NCBI GenBank assembly: GCA_964585065.1
Contig: CAZPCB010000001.1
Span: forward strand, 14,037 to 78,036
DNA from: an uncultured Candidatus Saccharibacteria bacterium
GTDB taxonomy: Bacteria > Patescibacteriota > Minisyncoccia > SW-4-49-11
Direction of reading: 5' to 3'
DNA: 64,000 nt
Made by a program: the position numbers and the translations under genes. Positions 36,927 to 46,800 of the stretch are shown one piece after another; position 1 is the first letter of the stretch, and the number at the start of each line of letters is the position of its first letter. The notes under the pieces were generated by a model, which did no database searches, was not told the origin of the DNA, and worked only from the letters and a program-made list of their open reading frames with translations.

Positions 36927-37238
36927 TCAAGCTGCTAATGTGAGAATTTTCTCCTCAAGTCGAGGGAAAAGGAGTTCAAGTTTATTACGTTCTCGAATTT
37001 CTTTACAGTTATAAATAACCCGACCATACCTATTTGTAGGTATTAATTTTGCCTCTACTTCTGTGTGACAATCTGCACAGAATGGGATTAGGTTCTCAAA
37101 ACTGTCATCTCTGCCCTCCCTCTGGGGGATAATATGATGAACTTGAAGTTTGCTTGGATGAAATTGTTCGAAACAGTGTTGGCATGTGTGATCATGCAGC
37201 TCCTTTACTTCGGCCCTAATACTAGTGTATTGGCACAT
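36927..37238 (-). CDS. HNH endonuclease (stand-alone, small)
   Basis: 'CQHCFEQFHPSKLQVHHIIPQREGRDDSFENLIPFCADCHTEVE' contains the canonical HNH Cys4 plus His-His arrangement. Confidence 0.7.
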   Translation of the reverse strand: MCQYTSIRAEVKELHDHTCQHCFEQFHPSKLQVHHIIPQREGRDDSFENLIPFCADCHTEVEAKLIPTNRYGRVIYNCKEIRERNKLELLFPRLEEKILTLAA

Positions 37239-37388
37239 TGGAAGGAGGGGGATAGGGTGGACGTATCTATTATAAATAATTTTATGTATTTTTTCAAATA
37301 TTAAATTGGGGATAAGTATAAATATTGAATATATATATTGTATAATATAGGTTACTCCTATATACTGTACACAGGATAAGAAATATAT

Positions 37389-37814
37389 ATGACATCAGAT
37401 GATTTGAAAGCAAAATTAACTCCAATACAATATACGGTTACTCAAGAGGGTGGTACAGAAACTCCATTTGAGAATGAATATTATAATAATAAAAGAGATG
37501 GTATTTATGTAGATATTGTCTCTGGGGAGCCTTTATTCTCTTCTCGTGATAAATATGATTCAGGTACTGGTTGGCCGTCTTATACTAAGCCAATTAAAGA
37601 TGATGCAGTGATTACCAAAGAGGATAATAAATTATTCCAAACAAGAATTGAGGTAAGATCTAAAGGAGCTAATTCCCATCTCGGGCATGTATTCGATGAT
37701 GGTCCTCAAGATAAAGGAGGTAAGAGATATTGTCTCAACTCAGCATCTCTACGCTTTATCCCAAAAGAGGATATGGAGCGTGAAGGATATGGAGAATATT
37801 TGGATAAAGTATAA
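37389..37814 (+). CDS. msrB: peptide-methionine (R)-S-oxide reductase
   Basis: '[11 protein letters not shown]' and '[21 protein letters not shown]...RYCLNSASL'. The catalytic Cys and the HLGHVF motif are present. This form lacks the zinc CxxC pairs. Confidence 0.9.
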   Translation: MTSDDLKAKLTPIQYTVTQEGGTETPFENEYYNNKRDGIYVDIVSGEPLFSSRDKYDSGTGWPSYTKPIKDDAVITKEDNKLFQTRIEVRSKGANSHLGHVFDDGPQDKGGKRYCLNSASLRFIPKEDMEREGYGEYLDKV

Positions 37815-37818
37815 GGTA

Positions 37819-38544
37819 TTAGCCTTGAATAATTCCAATATTGAGTTCTTTAGCTAGCTGATATAAACTTTGATTTATTTCTTGTGCTCTTTGAGAAGAG
37901 GCTAAATATTCTTGAGATACTATAACCCCTTTCCAAGGGCGATATTTAAATTGAGCTAAGCGAAGGGGAGAAGGATTCATAAGGCTAATATATATCGTAA
38001 TATCTGATTGTAAGGATTGTATGAATGCGACAGCCTTTTGTATAGTATGTATATCTATACCAATTTGTAAATATACGCTAGATATAAGTCCAGTTTTGAT
38101 TTTATTTGTAAGGAGATTATTTTCTTGCTCTAATTCTTTATCCAAGAGGAATGGATTATAGGCAATAGCAATATGAGGATATGTATCCTGATAATGGGAT
38201 TGTATAAATGACAATATATCAAGAGTGGTATATTTTGATTTAGGGACCCCACTAATAAGTAATATCTCAGGTATATGTAAGGATTCTAATTGTTCTAAGA
38301 GAGATAAGAATTCCTGGGCTGTCTCATCAAGAGTTTTTGCTTGATGAAATTTGAGGGAATAATAGGGGATAATGGTGAGCTTGGGGTTAATATGCTGAAT
38401 TTGATTAATCATATCTAATATAGATATGTTTTTTGACTTATTTGGTAGGGATATAGTGGCAGTTTCTAAACTTAGTAATTGAGATTGTAATTTGGGCTCT
38501 AATTCTTGACTTTTGAGAACTATTTCATGAATCAGATTCATCAT
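37819..38544 (-). CDS. hypothetical protein (possibly methylenetetrahydrofolate-reductase-like TIM barrel; weak)
   Basis: 241-aa ORF. Only faint resemblance to the MetF family. Confidence 0.3.
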   Translation of the reverse strand: MMNLIHEIVLKSQELEPKLQSQLLSLETATISLPNKSKNISILDMINQIQHINPKLTIIPYYSLKFHQAKTLDETAQEFLSLLEQLESLHIPEILLISGVPKSKYTTLDILSFIQSHYQDTYPHIAIAYNPFLLDKELEQENNLLTNKIKTGLISSVYLQIGIDIHTIQKAVAFIQSLQSDITIYISLMNPSPLRLAQFKYRPWKGVIVSQEYLASSQRAQEINQSLYQLAKELNIGIIQG

Positions 38545-38545
38545 A

Positions 38546-38971
38546 TTAAGTCAATATAATGCGAGGTATTTGCTCTTGTAGCCAAATAACAAAATTATCT
38601 GGGCAAGGCATTACGGAGAGGCGACTATGCTTTACCAAAAGAAAATCATCAAAAAGATGTGATTGTTTGATAGTATCGAGGCTAATTTGTTCCTCAGGGC
38701 TGAATCTGGTGACAAATTCTAATTTTGCAGCCCAGCTAAAGCGACTATCGGCAAGATTGAGATAGGGCTCTTCTATTACTTTACCTATTCCTACAATACG
38801 GCGTTCTTTGACTGAATGATAAATTAAGACATAATCTCCGATTTGCCAAGTTTTAATCACATTAATAGCCTGATAATTATGTACTCCATCCCAAAGTGTA
38901 ATATGTTCTTTTTCAAAATCATCAATAGAAAAGGTTGAGGGTTCAGTTTTGGCGAGGAATACTTGAGGCAT
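38546..38971 (-). CDS. EVE (PUA-like) domain protein
   Basis: 'LWDGVHNYQAINVIKTWQIGDYVLIYHS...IVGIGKVIEEPY' matches the EVE/thymocyte nuclear protein-like family. Confidence 0.55.
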   Translation of the reverse strand: MPQVFLAKTEPSTFSIDDFEKEHITLWDGVHNYQAINVIKTWQIGDYVLIYHSVKERRIVGIGKVIEEPYLNLADSRFSWAAKLEFVTRFSPEEQISLDTIKQSHLFDDFLLVKHSRLSVMPCPDNFVIWLQEQIPRIILT

Positions 38972-39016
38972 AAAAGCAAATTTATTTTGTATAGTATATC
39001 ATAATTTGATATACTA

Positions 39017-39448
39017 GTGTATATGAAATTACAATTCAAACAACTTCATCCTAATGCAAAATTACCAAGCTATGGGCATCCCACAGATGCTGGTATGGAT
39101 TTGTATACCCTTGAAGAAATAGTATTTCAACCAGGTGAGCAGAAAGTTATTCCTACGGGACTAGCCATGAATTTACCAGTAGGATATGCGGCTCTAGTTT
39201 GGGATAAAGGAAGTATTGGTTTTAATAAGGGGCTGAAAAGTCTAGGTGGAGTTTTTGATGCTGGGTATATAGGGGAAATAAAAATATCCCTCATTAATTT
39301 ATCTCATGAAGTACAAATAATAGAAAAAGGAGCAAAATGTGCTCAATTGTTAGTACAAAGAGTGGAATATTGTGATATTGAATTTACCGATATATTAATT
39401 GATTCGTCTCGTGGAGAGGGTGGTTTTGGAAGTACTGGTAAATTTTGA
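39017..39448 (+). CDS. dut: dUTP diphosphatase
   Basis: 'HPTDAGMDLY', 'GYAALVWDKGSIGFNKGL', 'GVFDAGYIGEI' and 'SRGEGGFGSTG' are dUTPase motifs 1-5. Confidence 0.85.
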   Translation: MYMKLQFKQLHPNAKLPSYGHPTDAGMDLYTLEEIVFQPGEQKVIPTGLAMNLPVGYAALVWDKGSIGFNKGLKSLGGVFDAGYIGEIKISLINLSHEVQIIEKGAKCAQLLVQRVEYCDIEFTDILIDSSRGEGGFGSTGKF

Positions 39449-39512
39449 TATAATTTGACAAATATAAATTATTCTATGTATACTAAATATATACATCTCT
39501 GTGGAGATTTGT

Positions 39513-39632
39513 ATGGACAAAACAAAGAACACTCAGTCTAGTGATTATCAAGTAGCTTGGGTTCTCATTGGATTCCTATTTGGAATATCGCTATTGATCT
39601 TTCTCAGACTATTACAAAAAGGGATTTGGTGA
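39513..39632 (+). CDS. possible 39-aa hydrophobic peptide (MDKTKNTQSSDYQVAWVLIGFLFGISLLIFLRLLQKGIW)
   Basis: Below the 60-aa cutoff of the ORF track. Single TM helix, basic C-terminus, sits in a 680-bp gene-poor gap, followed by a GC hairpin plus T-run at about 39655-39690. Confidence 0.25.
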   Translation: MDKTKNTQSSDYQVAWVLIGFLFGISLLIFLRLLQKGIW

Positions 39633-39758
39633 TATATTGATCCCAGCATTATATTGAGGAGCTCCCCAGAGCCCCTCTTTTTTTGTGGATAACTATTATT
39701 GACATAATATATAGAATATATTATAAGTCTTTGATATACTATATAAGTACATTTTATC

Positions 39759-40052
39759 TTGGAGGGCCATGTGACAGCAACGGGTGTAGTTATAAATAGA
39801 AAAATAGGTAACAGCGTTGCCTGGGGCAAGTTCTTTGCTCCTGTTGTAAACTTCGTAAAAACAGCACTCGCAATCATAGCTGCTCTTTTTGGGGCTTATG
39901 CTATGGTTGTACGTAATTTAATTCTCTTGCTACGGAAAGATGCTCGTCTCTTTCTGTGGGTGGGAGGATTCTATTTCACCTACCTGCTGCTATACAAGTT
40001 TGCAGGCCCCTACCTTGTGGCTGCTAGTCTCAGGAGTAGGTATTCCATTTGA
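39759..40052 (+). CDS. hypothetical small membrane protein
   Basis: 97-aa ORF with 2 predicted TM helices. Could be spurious. Confidence 0.25.
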   Translation: MEGHVTATGVVINRKIGNSVAWGKFFAPVVNFVKTALAIIAALFGAYAMVVRNLILLLRKDARLFLWVGGFYFTYLLLYKFAGPYLVAASLRSRYSI

Positions 40053-40127
40053 GGACTCTCTTCAATGCCATCGAATACACAAACAAGTCAATCATTTGGA
40101 GGTCTCTTGAATTTCAAGTAGGCCTCT

Positions 40128-41606
40128 TTATTTTTGCTGAGAGTATAAATATTTAGCTTGCTTATAGCGTAATATTGCTAATTGTCTAGCCTTACTATGT
40201 TCAATAATTGGTATGAGTGGGGGAATATAATTTTCTCCAAGCCATTTTGACTGATATCTTCCCTTAGGATCATAATTCTCAGCTTGAAGATAAGGATTAA
40301 ATATACGAATTGGTTTTGGGTCAGCTCCAACAGAAGCTCCCCATTGCCAACCTCCATTATTAGATGCTTCATCTAAATCAATCAGAGTAGCCCGGAAATA
40401 TTCTTGTCCCCATCGCCAATCAATACCTAAATGTTTGGTCAATATGCTCGCTACAATCATACGAGATCTATTATGCATCCATCCAGTCTGAGATAATTGT
40501 CTCATAGCAGCATCTACAATAGAGTAACCGGTTTCTCCTTTAATCCAAGAGAGGAATCTCTGCTGAGCTTTTTCTCCTGATATCCAATCAATAGTATTAC
40601 GAAATTGTGGCTGAAATTCTGTATTAAGTAATTCGGGTTGATGATAGAGTAAATAGGCATAAAATTCTCTCCAAATAAGCTCGGAGATATATATAGCAGC
40701 TCCTGGATATTGACTATCTATTAGGGCAGATTCTAGGCTATTATTACTATGTTTTTGTATCATTTGCCTAAGAGTTTTACTGGAGATAAATCCCCAGGCA
40801 AGAGCTAAACTCATTTTGGAGGTTTTACCATTATCAATGGTGTCAAGTTCCAGAGAATCACGATTGAGATGATAATTATCAAGAGAGCCAGAATCAAGAA
40901 AATTTTGGAATAATGCTAAAGCCTCAGCTTCGGAATAATACCATAGAGATAAATCGGGAAGAGGAATATATTGAGTTAAATCATATACTCTATCTTCAAT
41001 TAATATATCTCTATTGGATGAGAATTCTTGCTGTATAGCATTGGGATTAGATTCTATATAATTCCAGCCAGGTATACTATCTTGATATGATACAGATTGA
41101 AGGTCGGGTTTGGGATAGGCTTCAGTATTCAAGAATTCTTGCCAAATAGATTTTTTAAAAGGGGTGAATACAGAATACAAATTCCCATTTTGACTACGAG
41201 TATTACTATCAATACTTAGTCTATCTGAATAGAGGTGTATAGTAATTCCAGCATCTTTAATCTTTTGTAATTGCTTAGTAAAATCAGGATATATATCATG
41301 ATTGACATATACTTGAATATCATAGGATTTGCTAAGCTCAATAATGGAGTGCGCACCTTTACCCTTAATTAAATGAAATTGAGGGAATCGCTGTATGAAT
41401 TGGGGTAAAGCCTGACTTAATATATGTCTTTGTGCATAGCCAAATTGAGCTTGGGGTTTAGCTTCCAGCATATAGTTTTCCAATATAAAAATAGGAGCAA
41501 AAAGAATATTATGTTCTTTTGCAGTATTAATAGCGTGATATAATGCAGAATTATCAGTAAGCCGCAAATCACGCCGAGCCCAATATACAATAAGAGATGT
41601 TTTCAT
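40128..41606 (-). CDS. phr: deoxyribodipyrimidine photolyase / cryptochrome family
   Basis: 'WREFYAYLLYHQPEL', 'TGWMHNRSRMIVASIL' and 'DEASNNGGWQWGASVGADPKPIRIFNPYLQAENYDPKG' are FAD-binding-domain signatures. Confidence 0.85.
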   Translation of the reverse strand: MKTSLIVYWARRDLRLTDNSALYHAINTAKEHNILFAPIFILENYMLEAKPQAQFGYAQRHILSQALPQFIQRFPQFHLIKGKGAHSIIELSKSYDIQVYVNHDIYPDFTKQLQKIKDAGITIHLYSDRLSIDSNTRSQNGNLYSVFTPFKKSIWQEFLNTEAYPKPDLQSVSYQDSIPGWNYIESNPNAIQQEFSSNRDILIEDRVYDLTQYIPLPDLSLWYYSEAEALALFQNFLDSGSLDNYHLNRDSLELDTIDNGKTSKMSLALAWGFISSKTLRQMIQKHSNNSLESALIDSQYPGAAIYISELIWREFYAYLLYHQPELLNTEFQPQFRNTIDWISGEKAQQRFLSWIKGETGYSIVDAAMRQLSQTGWMHNRSRMIVASILTKHLGIDWRWGQEYFRATLIDLDEASNNGGWQWGASVGADPKPIRIFNPYLQAENYDPKGRYQSKWLGENYIPPLIPIIEHSKARQLAILRYKQAKYLYSQQK

Positions 41607-41683
41607 ATAGATTAGTATATCATATATTGCCTAATAATCAGTATTATGGTATTCTAATGCTAAGGTTAAATATAGTATTCACT

Positions 41684-43414
41684 ATGAAAATTATTCAGCA
41701 GTTTTTTGAATATTTTGAGGCTAGGAGACACAAAAGAGTACAATCATCATCATTATTACCGGAGGGGGATAATTCAGTGTTATTTACTACAGCTGGTATG
41801 CAACAATTTAAACCCTATTATCTTGGGAGATTATCTCCTTATGGAAATAGGGTGATTAGTGTACAAAAATGTTTGAGAGTAGATGATATTGATGAGGTGG
41901 GGGATGATACGCATAATACCTTTTTTGAAATGTTAGGGAATTTTTCTTTTCATTATCCGAATGGGGAGGGGAGTTATTTTAAGCAAGAGGCTATCAAATT
42001 AGGATATGAGTTTATTGCCGAGGAATTAGGGATGGCAATTGATTATGTAACGATTTTTACAGGGGACGAGAAAAGCCCAAAAGATACCGAGGCTCTTGCT
42101 ATATGGAAACAATTAGCTGAGGATAAGGGAATAACATTAGAGATTAAGGAACTTGGAAGAGAGGATAATTTTTGGGGACCTACGGGTGCTGAGGGACCTT
42201 GTGGTCCTACTACGGAGATTTTTGTAAATGGTGTAGAGGTATGGAATATTGTATTTAATCAATATTATGCAGGAATAGATGGAAGCCTAAAAGAATTAGA
42301 ACAGCAAGGTGTAGATACCGGTGGTGGCTTGGAGCGTATAATTACTCAAAGTGAAGGGGTTAAATCAGTATATGAGACCCAAGTATTTGCTCTAATTCTG
42401 GAGAATATTCGGAATCAATTTCCTCATCAATCAGAAGAAATATATCGTATATTATTTGATCATATTCGAGCCAGTATTTTCCTTTTAGCCGAAGGAGTGG
42501 TGCCATCCAATAAAGAACAAGGATATATATTGAGACGATTATTACGCAAAGTATTAAGTCTTATTTCATCTTATGATAAACCTCTAGAATTAGTATTTAA
42601 TACTATTGAGGGTATTATTGTAGTTTATCAAGAAAGATATCCTGAGCTTATTATTGCAAAGGATAGTATTATTCATAGTATTCAAGGGGAATATGCATTA
42701 TTTAGTGAATCAGTATCAAGAGGTATGCGATATGCCGATAAAATATTAAAGAAAAAACGTATTCCTCATATGTCAGGAGAAGAGGCTTTTCTATTAGCTT
42801 CAACATATGGTTTATCTCCAGAAGTATTAAAATTACAAGGCTTGTCTTTTGATGAGCAAGATTTTGAGAATTATAAAGCAGAACATCAGAATATTTCTCG
42901 GGCTGGAGCTACCAAAAAATTTGGTGGGCATGGACTAATTCTCGATAATGGTGAAATTAAAGCGGCCAATAAAGAGGAATTAGCTATTGTAACCAGACTT
43001 CATAGTGCTACCCATCTTTTGAATAAGGCTTTGCGAGATATATTGGGGGAGGGAGTAGAACAGCGAGGTTCAGATATTACGGCTGAGCGTACACGATTTG
43101 ATTTTAGTTTTGAGAGAAAATTAACTCCTGAGGAAATACAAATGGTGGAAAATAAAGTGAATGAATATATTCAAGCTGGGGTGGATGTCAGTATTACTCC
43201 TATGTCTCTTGATGAGGCAAAAAAGTCTGGAGCTTTATATTTAGTCAATCGTAATTATCCAGAACAGGTAGATGTATATAGTTTTGGGGATATCTCAAAA
43301 GAATTATGTGGGGGCCCACATATTCATAATACTCGAGAAATAGGTCAATTTAAAATTAAAAAAGAAGAGGCTGTTGCTCGAGGCATACGCCGTATTCGTG
43401 GTATAATAGAATAA
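41684..43414 (+). CDS. alaS: alanyl-tRNA synthetase, short form (catalytic plus editing domains, no C-Ala domain)
   Basis: 'LLPEGDNSVLFTTAGMQQFKPYYLG' (class II motif region) and editing-domain 'HSATHLLNKALRDILG...CGGPHIHNT' (HxxxH / CGGxH zinc motifs). 577 aa from the ATG at 41684. Confidence 0.8.
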   Translation: MKIIQQFFEYFEARRHKRVQSSSLLPEGDNSVLFTTAGMQQFKPYYLGRLSPYGNRVISVQKCLRVDDIDEVGDDTHNTFFEMLGNFSFHYPNGEGSYFKQEAIKLGYEFIAEELGMAIDYVTIFTGDEKSPKDTEALAIWKQLAEDKGITLEIKELGREDNFWGPTGAEGPCGPTTEIFVNGVEVWNIVFNQYYAGIDGSLKELEQQGVDTGGGLERIITQSEGVKSVYETQVFALILENIRNQFPHQSEEIYRILFDHIRASIFLLAEGVVPSNKEQGYILRRLLRKVLSLISSYDKPLELVFNTIEGIIVVYQERYPELIIAKDSIIHSIQGEYALFSESVSRGMRYADKILKKKRIPHMSGEEAFLLASTYGLSPEVLKLQGLSFDEQDFENYKAEHQNISRAGATKKFGGHGLILDNGEIKAANKEELAIVTRLHSATHLLNKALRDILGEGVEQRGSDITAERTRFDFSFERKLTPEEIQMVENKVNEYIQAGVDVSITPMSLDEAKKSGALYLVNRNYPEQVDVYSFGDISKELCGGPHIHNTREIGQFKIKKEEAVARGIRRIRGIIE

Positions 43415-43415
43415 T

Positions 43416-44024
43416 ATGAAAACAAAACGAGATATATTACTTCGCAAATCTCTCCATCTAGGACTTATACTTCCTTTTGCTGTGTATTGGTATATATCTG
43501 CTCAGATTTTTATCGATGCAGAGTTATATGCTAAGAGCTTTTTAGCTGTCTTTGTAATAGGATTCTTGATATATGAATATTTGCGACTAGATACTCGATT
43601 TTGGGTTCCATTTGCGAGTTTAGTAAAACCCAAGGAGCAAAATACCAATGTAGATGGGTTGAATTTGGTTTTAGCTGCTATTGTGGCGACAGCTCTTTTT
43701 GATCCGAGAGTTTCTCTCACCGCAATATTAATTGCCATTATTGGGGATACATTTTCTACAATTGGAGGAATTTATGGTACAATGAGAGTATTCCCAAATA
43801 CAGAAAATAAAACTACTTGGGAAGGTATATTATTAGCTTTAATTGCAAATTTTGCAATAGCAAGTAGCATATGGGGATTTGGTATTATTCCACTTATATT
43901 AGCTCTAGTGGGAGTTATTATTGAAACCTTTGCCTCTAAGCTCGATGATAATTTGGCAATTCCCTTGGGAGTGGGATTCGTAGGACAAGTGATTTGGCTT
44001 ATAGTACAATATTATCCAAAATAA
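43416..44024 (+). CDS. polytopic membrane protein, CTP-transferase-1 / dolichol-phytol kinase-like (tentative)
   Basis: 6-7 TM helices. 'KSLHLGL', 'IGDTFSTIGGIYG' and 'KTTWEGIL' resemble the CDS/DGK1/SEC59 family motifs. Confidence 0.35.
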   Translation: MKTKRDILLRKSLHLGLILPFAVYWYISAQIFIDAELYAKSFLAVFVIGFLIYEYLRLDTRFWVPFASLVKPKEQNTNVDGLNLVLAAIVATALFDPRVSLTAILIAIIGDTFSTIGGIYGTMRVFPNTENKTTWEGILLALIANFAIASSIWGFGIIPLILALVGVIIETFASKLDDNLAIPLGVGFVGQVIWLIVQYYPK

Positions 44025-44035
44025 ATAATAATACC

Positions 44036-45238
44036 ATGTTTGGTAAAAAAACAGCATCTGAACCTCTTATCATAGATATCTCTGAGAATAGAGTGACGGT
44101 AATTGATTATACTGTTGATGACAAGACAGGTAATACTTTGATTCATGGTATTGGTCAAACTCAATTACCTTTTGGAGTAGTGAATACCAATACTATTGAA
44201 CAAGAAACAGTATTAATACAAGCAATAGAAAATGCTCGGCTTGAAGCTGAGACAAGTAATGATGAGATAAAAACAGGAACAATATTGGGGGTTTCAGGAC
44301 CATTGGTAGAAATTAAAGACCGTATTGCTGAGATAAATCGTGATAAACCTAACAAAAGTATTAAGCCAAAAGAATGGATTAATACCATTGATGATATATA
44401 TGTTCAATTTGATGCAGAGTCTTATGCCACTTCTCAGGGACATAAGCTTCCATTATCTTTGGTACAGATTTCATTAAATGATATTAGGCTAGACGGTGTT
44501 GAGACTTTATCCCCAATTGATGAAAAGGCTCAAACGATAACTTTAGAGACACTGAACACCTATATTCCAACTTCCTATAAACAATCATTAGTCAATATAG
44601 AAAAAAGTATTGGATTAACTATTGAAGGAGTATATCAGCATGGATATGCCGTAGGGCAGCTTATATTAGATTATAATAGAAGTAGAGATATAGCGGTTAT
44701 ATTAGTAGATATTCGATTTGGACATACTACTATTAGTATTGTTCAGAATCAAAAAATCAAATATATACAGTCATTTAGTATGGGGAGTCATAGTTTTACT
44801 CAAGCTATTGCCAATACCTTCCAAATCACTATTGATGAGGCAGAAACTGTTCGTCAGGAATATAGCCGATTACAATTACCAAGAGATATGTCTCGTCGCA
44901 TTACGGATGCTCTTGAACCAGAAATATCTCTTTGGTTGCAGGGAATAATCTTGAGCCTACAGGAAGCTCAACTAGAAAATCTCCCACCATATGTATTATT
45001 ATATGGCGAGGGAGCTCAATTATTAGGTATAAAAGAGGCTCTTGAATATAGTAATTGGTATAAATCACTTAATAGTACTGTTAAGCCAGGAGTGTCAATT
45101 CTTACACCAAAGCAATTCCCTCATATTATTGATATGACAAGTAAAATAGATAATGCCCGATATATTGATATTCTCGGCCTTATACATGCCGCCAATATTC
45201 CTACAGATATTCATCTTCCATATCGTTTAAGTGAATAA
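44036..45238 (+). CDS. actin-like ATPase of the PilM/FtsA family (putative pilus-assembly or divisome protein)
   Basis: 'PLIIDISENRVTVIDY...' (phosphate-1-like), 'IAVILVDIRFGHTTISIV...ITIDEAETVRQEY' (FtsA/PilM second domain), 'YVLLYGEGAQLLGIKEAL' (phosphate-2-like). No ftsZ nearby. Followed by membrane proteins. Confidence 0.45.
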   Translation: MFGKKTASEPLIIDISENRVTVIDYTVDDKTGNTLIHGIGQTQLPFGVVNTNTIEQETVLIQAIENARLEAETSNDEIKTGTILGVSGPLVEIKDRIAEINRDKPNKSIKPKEWINTIDDIYVQFDAESYATSQGHKLPLSLVQISLNDIRLDGVETLSPIDEKAQTITLETLNTYIPTSYKQSLVNIEKSIGLTIEGVYQHGYAVGQLILDYNRSRDIAVILVDIRFGHTTISIVQNQKIKYIQSFSMGSHSFTQAIANTFQITIDEAETVRQEYSRLQLPRDMSRRITDALEPEISLWLQGIILSLQEAQLENLPPYVLLYGEGAQLLGIKEALEYSNWYKSLNSTVKPGVSILTPKQFPHIIDMTSKIDNARYIDILGLIHAANIPTDIHLPYRLSE

Positions 45239-45244
45239 ATCACT

Positions 45245-46798
45245 ATGAAAAACACAACTTCAAAACCACTTATATTAAATCCAAAAGACGGTATTTCAGA
45301 TATTGTATATCAAATTAAAAGTGATGCAGTAAAAGGCGGAAAAGTTTTGATTTATATACCAGATAATATGGATATATTATATAATCCTGTAAATAGGGGA
45401 TTATTTGTACATACCATTAAGCAATTAATTGCTCAATATGATATAGAATTATTTAGTGCAGATAATGAATTAGTATCTCTATTAACTACAAGCAATATAC
45501 CTATTACTACTTCTGATACTATTCCTAATACTACATCACAAAGGACAGGTATAGAAAATGACCCCTATACTGATTTTTTTGGATATCAATTGAATCAAAA
45601 AACCCAAAACTCTATATCTGAATCAAGTACTGAAGCAGTATTTCATCCAGAACCTGCCAATCCACAACCATTACCAAAGAAAAAATCAGATGGACCTTCC
45701 TGGAAATTTTTATTGGCAGGAATGATTGTCGTGACAATAATTCTTGTGGCCGTAGCAGCTATACTTATTCCAAGAGCAGATATTACTATTACTACAAAAC
45801 TGGAATCATTATCTAAAGATTTTGATATTACTTTTGATCCCGCTATTACTGATATTAGTGTTGAGAATAAAGCCATCCCATCCGCTACAGATACTATTAG
45901 TGCTTCTGTAGAAGGAACATATGAAGGAACTGGCTCACAGGCTGGGGGTACAAAAGCAAATGGTACTATTACCATTAAAAATGAAACTTCTGCCTCACAA
46001 TCATTGGTTGCAAACACTCGATTTCTTTCAGCAAAAGGAAAACAATTTCGTCTTGTGGAAGCTGTCACTGTTCCTGCAAAAGGCTCTGTAGAAGGGAAAA
46101 TTATAGCTGATAATCCAGGAGAAGAATATAATATACCAGCAGGAAAATTAACTATTCCAGGATTTGATGATAATCCAACTAAATTAGCAGCCATTTATGG
46201 AGAATTAGGATTGGCCATTAATAATGGAGCTAGTGAAGATGGAATTATTGTTACAGAACAAGATATAGAAAAGGCCAGATTAGATTTACAAAAAAAGCTT
46301 ACCGAGGTGGTAAATAAGCAAGTTAGTGAAAGACAAGATACTAGAGCCTTGGTGATACAGACTAAACTCAATGATATACAATATACTGGGTTACCAAATG
46401 TTGGAGATAGAGTAAGAAGCTTTACGGTAAAAGCCTCGGGTAATCTGCAGGGAGTATTCTATAAAGAAGAAGATTTAGACAAATTAATAAAATCTTTATT
46501 GGCCTCACAAGTGATTGATTCAAGAGAATTGGGATCTGATATTAAAATTAACTTTGACCCTCCACAGGAATTTCCAAATAAACAAGCAGCAAAAGCAAGA
46601 GTATATGTAGACTATTCTCTACAACCAAAATTTGATGAGGGGGATATATCTCGCAATATAAGGCTTAAAACCATATCTCAAGCACAGGATTATCTCAAGG
46701 GTCTCGATAATGTAGACTCAGCGGATCTTAAATTAATTCCAGGATTTAGTCCAGTATTGCCGGCTCTTACATCTCGTATTCGTATTATCATCAAATAA
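45245..46798 (+). CDS. bitopic membrane protein (cytoplasmic about 150 aa, 1 TM, large extracytoplasmic domain); hypothetical
   Basis: TM segment 'WKFLLAGMIVVTIILVAVAAILI'. Thr/Ser-rich. Adjacent to the PilM-like gene. Confidence 0.4.
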   Translation: MKNTTSKPLILNPKDGISDIVYQIKSDAVKGGKVLIYIPDNMDILYNPVNRGLFVHTIKQLIAQYDIELFSADNELVSLLTTSNIPITTSDTIPNTTSQRTGIENDPYTDFFGYQLNQKTQNSISESSTEAVFHPEPANPQPLPKKKSDGPSWKFLLAGMIVVTIILVAVAAILIPRADITITTKLESLSKDFDITFDPAITDISVENKAIPSATDTISASVEGTYEGTGSQAGGTKANGTITIKNETSASQSLVANTRFLSAKGKQFRLVEAVTVPAKGSVEGKIIADNPGEEYNIPAGKLTIPGFDDNPTKLAAIYGELGLAINNGASEDGIIVTEQDIEKARLDLQKKLTEVVNKQVSERQDTRALVIQTKLNDIQYTGLPNVGDRVRSFTVKASGNLQGVFYKEEDLDKLIKSLLASQVIDSRELGSDIKINFDPPQEFPNKQAAKARVYVDYSLQPKFDEGDISRNIRLKTISQAQDYLKGLDNVDSADLKLIPGFSPVLPALTSRIRIIIK

Positions 46799-46800
46799 AT

